DNA of 5,371 bases, from assembly GCA_000388065.2 (NCBI GenBank), contig KB932206.1, one strand, 5' to 3'. The position numbers and the translations under genes were made by a program. Position 1 is the first letter of the stretch. The number at the start of each line of letters is the position of its first letter. Positions 5,099 to 5,371 of this stretch are shown here, piece after piece. The notes below the pieces were generated by a model that saw nothing but the letters and a program-made list of their open reading frames with translations, was not told where the DNA came from and did not search any database. Origin of the DNA: Fonticula alba ATCC 38817. Its lineage: Eukaryota; Protista; Nucleariida.

Positions 5099-5339
5099 CT
5101 GGACGCGGAACATGTGTCAGCATGCGCCCGAGGAAGAGAAGAAAGAAGGCGAGAGAAAGACCACAAAAAGGAAGGGGACGGGGAAACCGAGCGGGGCGCG
5201 GCCAAAGGGCGGCAACTGTGCAAGGGGTACCTGCCACGGGCGCTCCCAGTCGAGAGGGACGACCGCCACCGAAACCCACGCCCCGAGGAGGGTCCCGGCG
5301 AAGATGCGCCACGCGGCCTTCTTGAAAATGGAGTTGAGG
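4880..5339 (-). CDS. PIGF: PIG-F / GPI11 family GPI ethanolamine-phosphate transferase stabilising subunit, 5'-partial: complement(join(4880..5098,5231..5339))
   Basis: Spliced translation LNSIFKKAAWRIFAGTLLGAWVSVAVVPLDWERPWQ|AWPIPAVYGAVAGHLLGAVFALL carries the PIG-F family signature GAW...P.PLDW.RPWQ.WPI followed by a hydrophobic helix. Stop TGA at 4882-4880. Confidence 0.92.
5099..5230 (-). other. Spliceosomal intron of PIG-F, 132 nt, phase 0
   Basis: On the minus strand: GTACCCCTTG donor, long C/T tract, GCTGAC branch (CTGAC at 5120-5116), CAG acceptor. It interrupts the WQ|xWPI motif exactly. Confidence 0.88.
5231..5339 (-). CDS. PIGF: PIG-F penultimate exon
   Basis: Minus-strand acceptor TGCATAG (AG at 5341-5340) preceded by a C run. 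Encodes ...GAWVSVAVVPLDWERPWQ. Donor CAG|GTACCC at 5230. Confidence 0.85.
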
Positions 5340-5371
5340 CTATGCATGTGGCAAGCCGCGGGGGGGGGGGG
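5340..5371 (-). other. 3' end of an upstream PIG-F intron (truncated by the window edge)
   Basis: Minus strand reads CCCCCCCCCCCCGCGGCTTGCCACATGCATAG, directly before the phase-2 exon start. Confidence 0.65.

Noticed and set aside
5221-5230. Donor GTACCCCTTG as a U12-type (minor spliceosome) site
   Set aside because: It differs from GTATCCTT at +4 and +7, and the intron has an ordinary GCTGAC branch with no TCCTTAAC.

Overview
Very GC-rich, intron-containing eukaryotic genomic DNA holding the 3' parts of two convergent genes; both 5' ends lie outside the window. (1) Plus strand: six coding exons (175-668, 796-1003, 1204-1415, 1509-2485, 2641-3619, 3843-4605) splice through GT-AG introns with consistent phases into one 3633-nt frame (1210 aa + TGA). 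It aligns by eye, motif after motif, with DNA damage-binding protein 1 (DDB1), from the end of propeller A through propellers B and C and the C-terminal helical domain. It is strongly diverged and padded with Gly/Pro/Ala-rich loop insertions. (2) Minus strand: the last two exons (5339-5231, 5098-4880) of a PIG-F/GPI11 GPI-biosynthesis gene (GAWVSVAVVPLDWERPWQ|AWPIP). The two stops are 274 nt apart with no AATAAA between them. Introns carry C/T-rich microsatellites, GTGCGT donors and CTGAC branch sites, with the pyrimidine tracts mostly 5' of the branch site; this and the GC level suggest a Holomycota-type protist such as Fonticula (inference only). The very long ORFs in the track are shadow frames. 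I see no mobile element, RNA gene, CRISPR array or clearly new multi-gene system. The best leads are the expanded, diverged DDB1 and the unusual architecture of the last intron.
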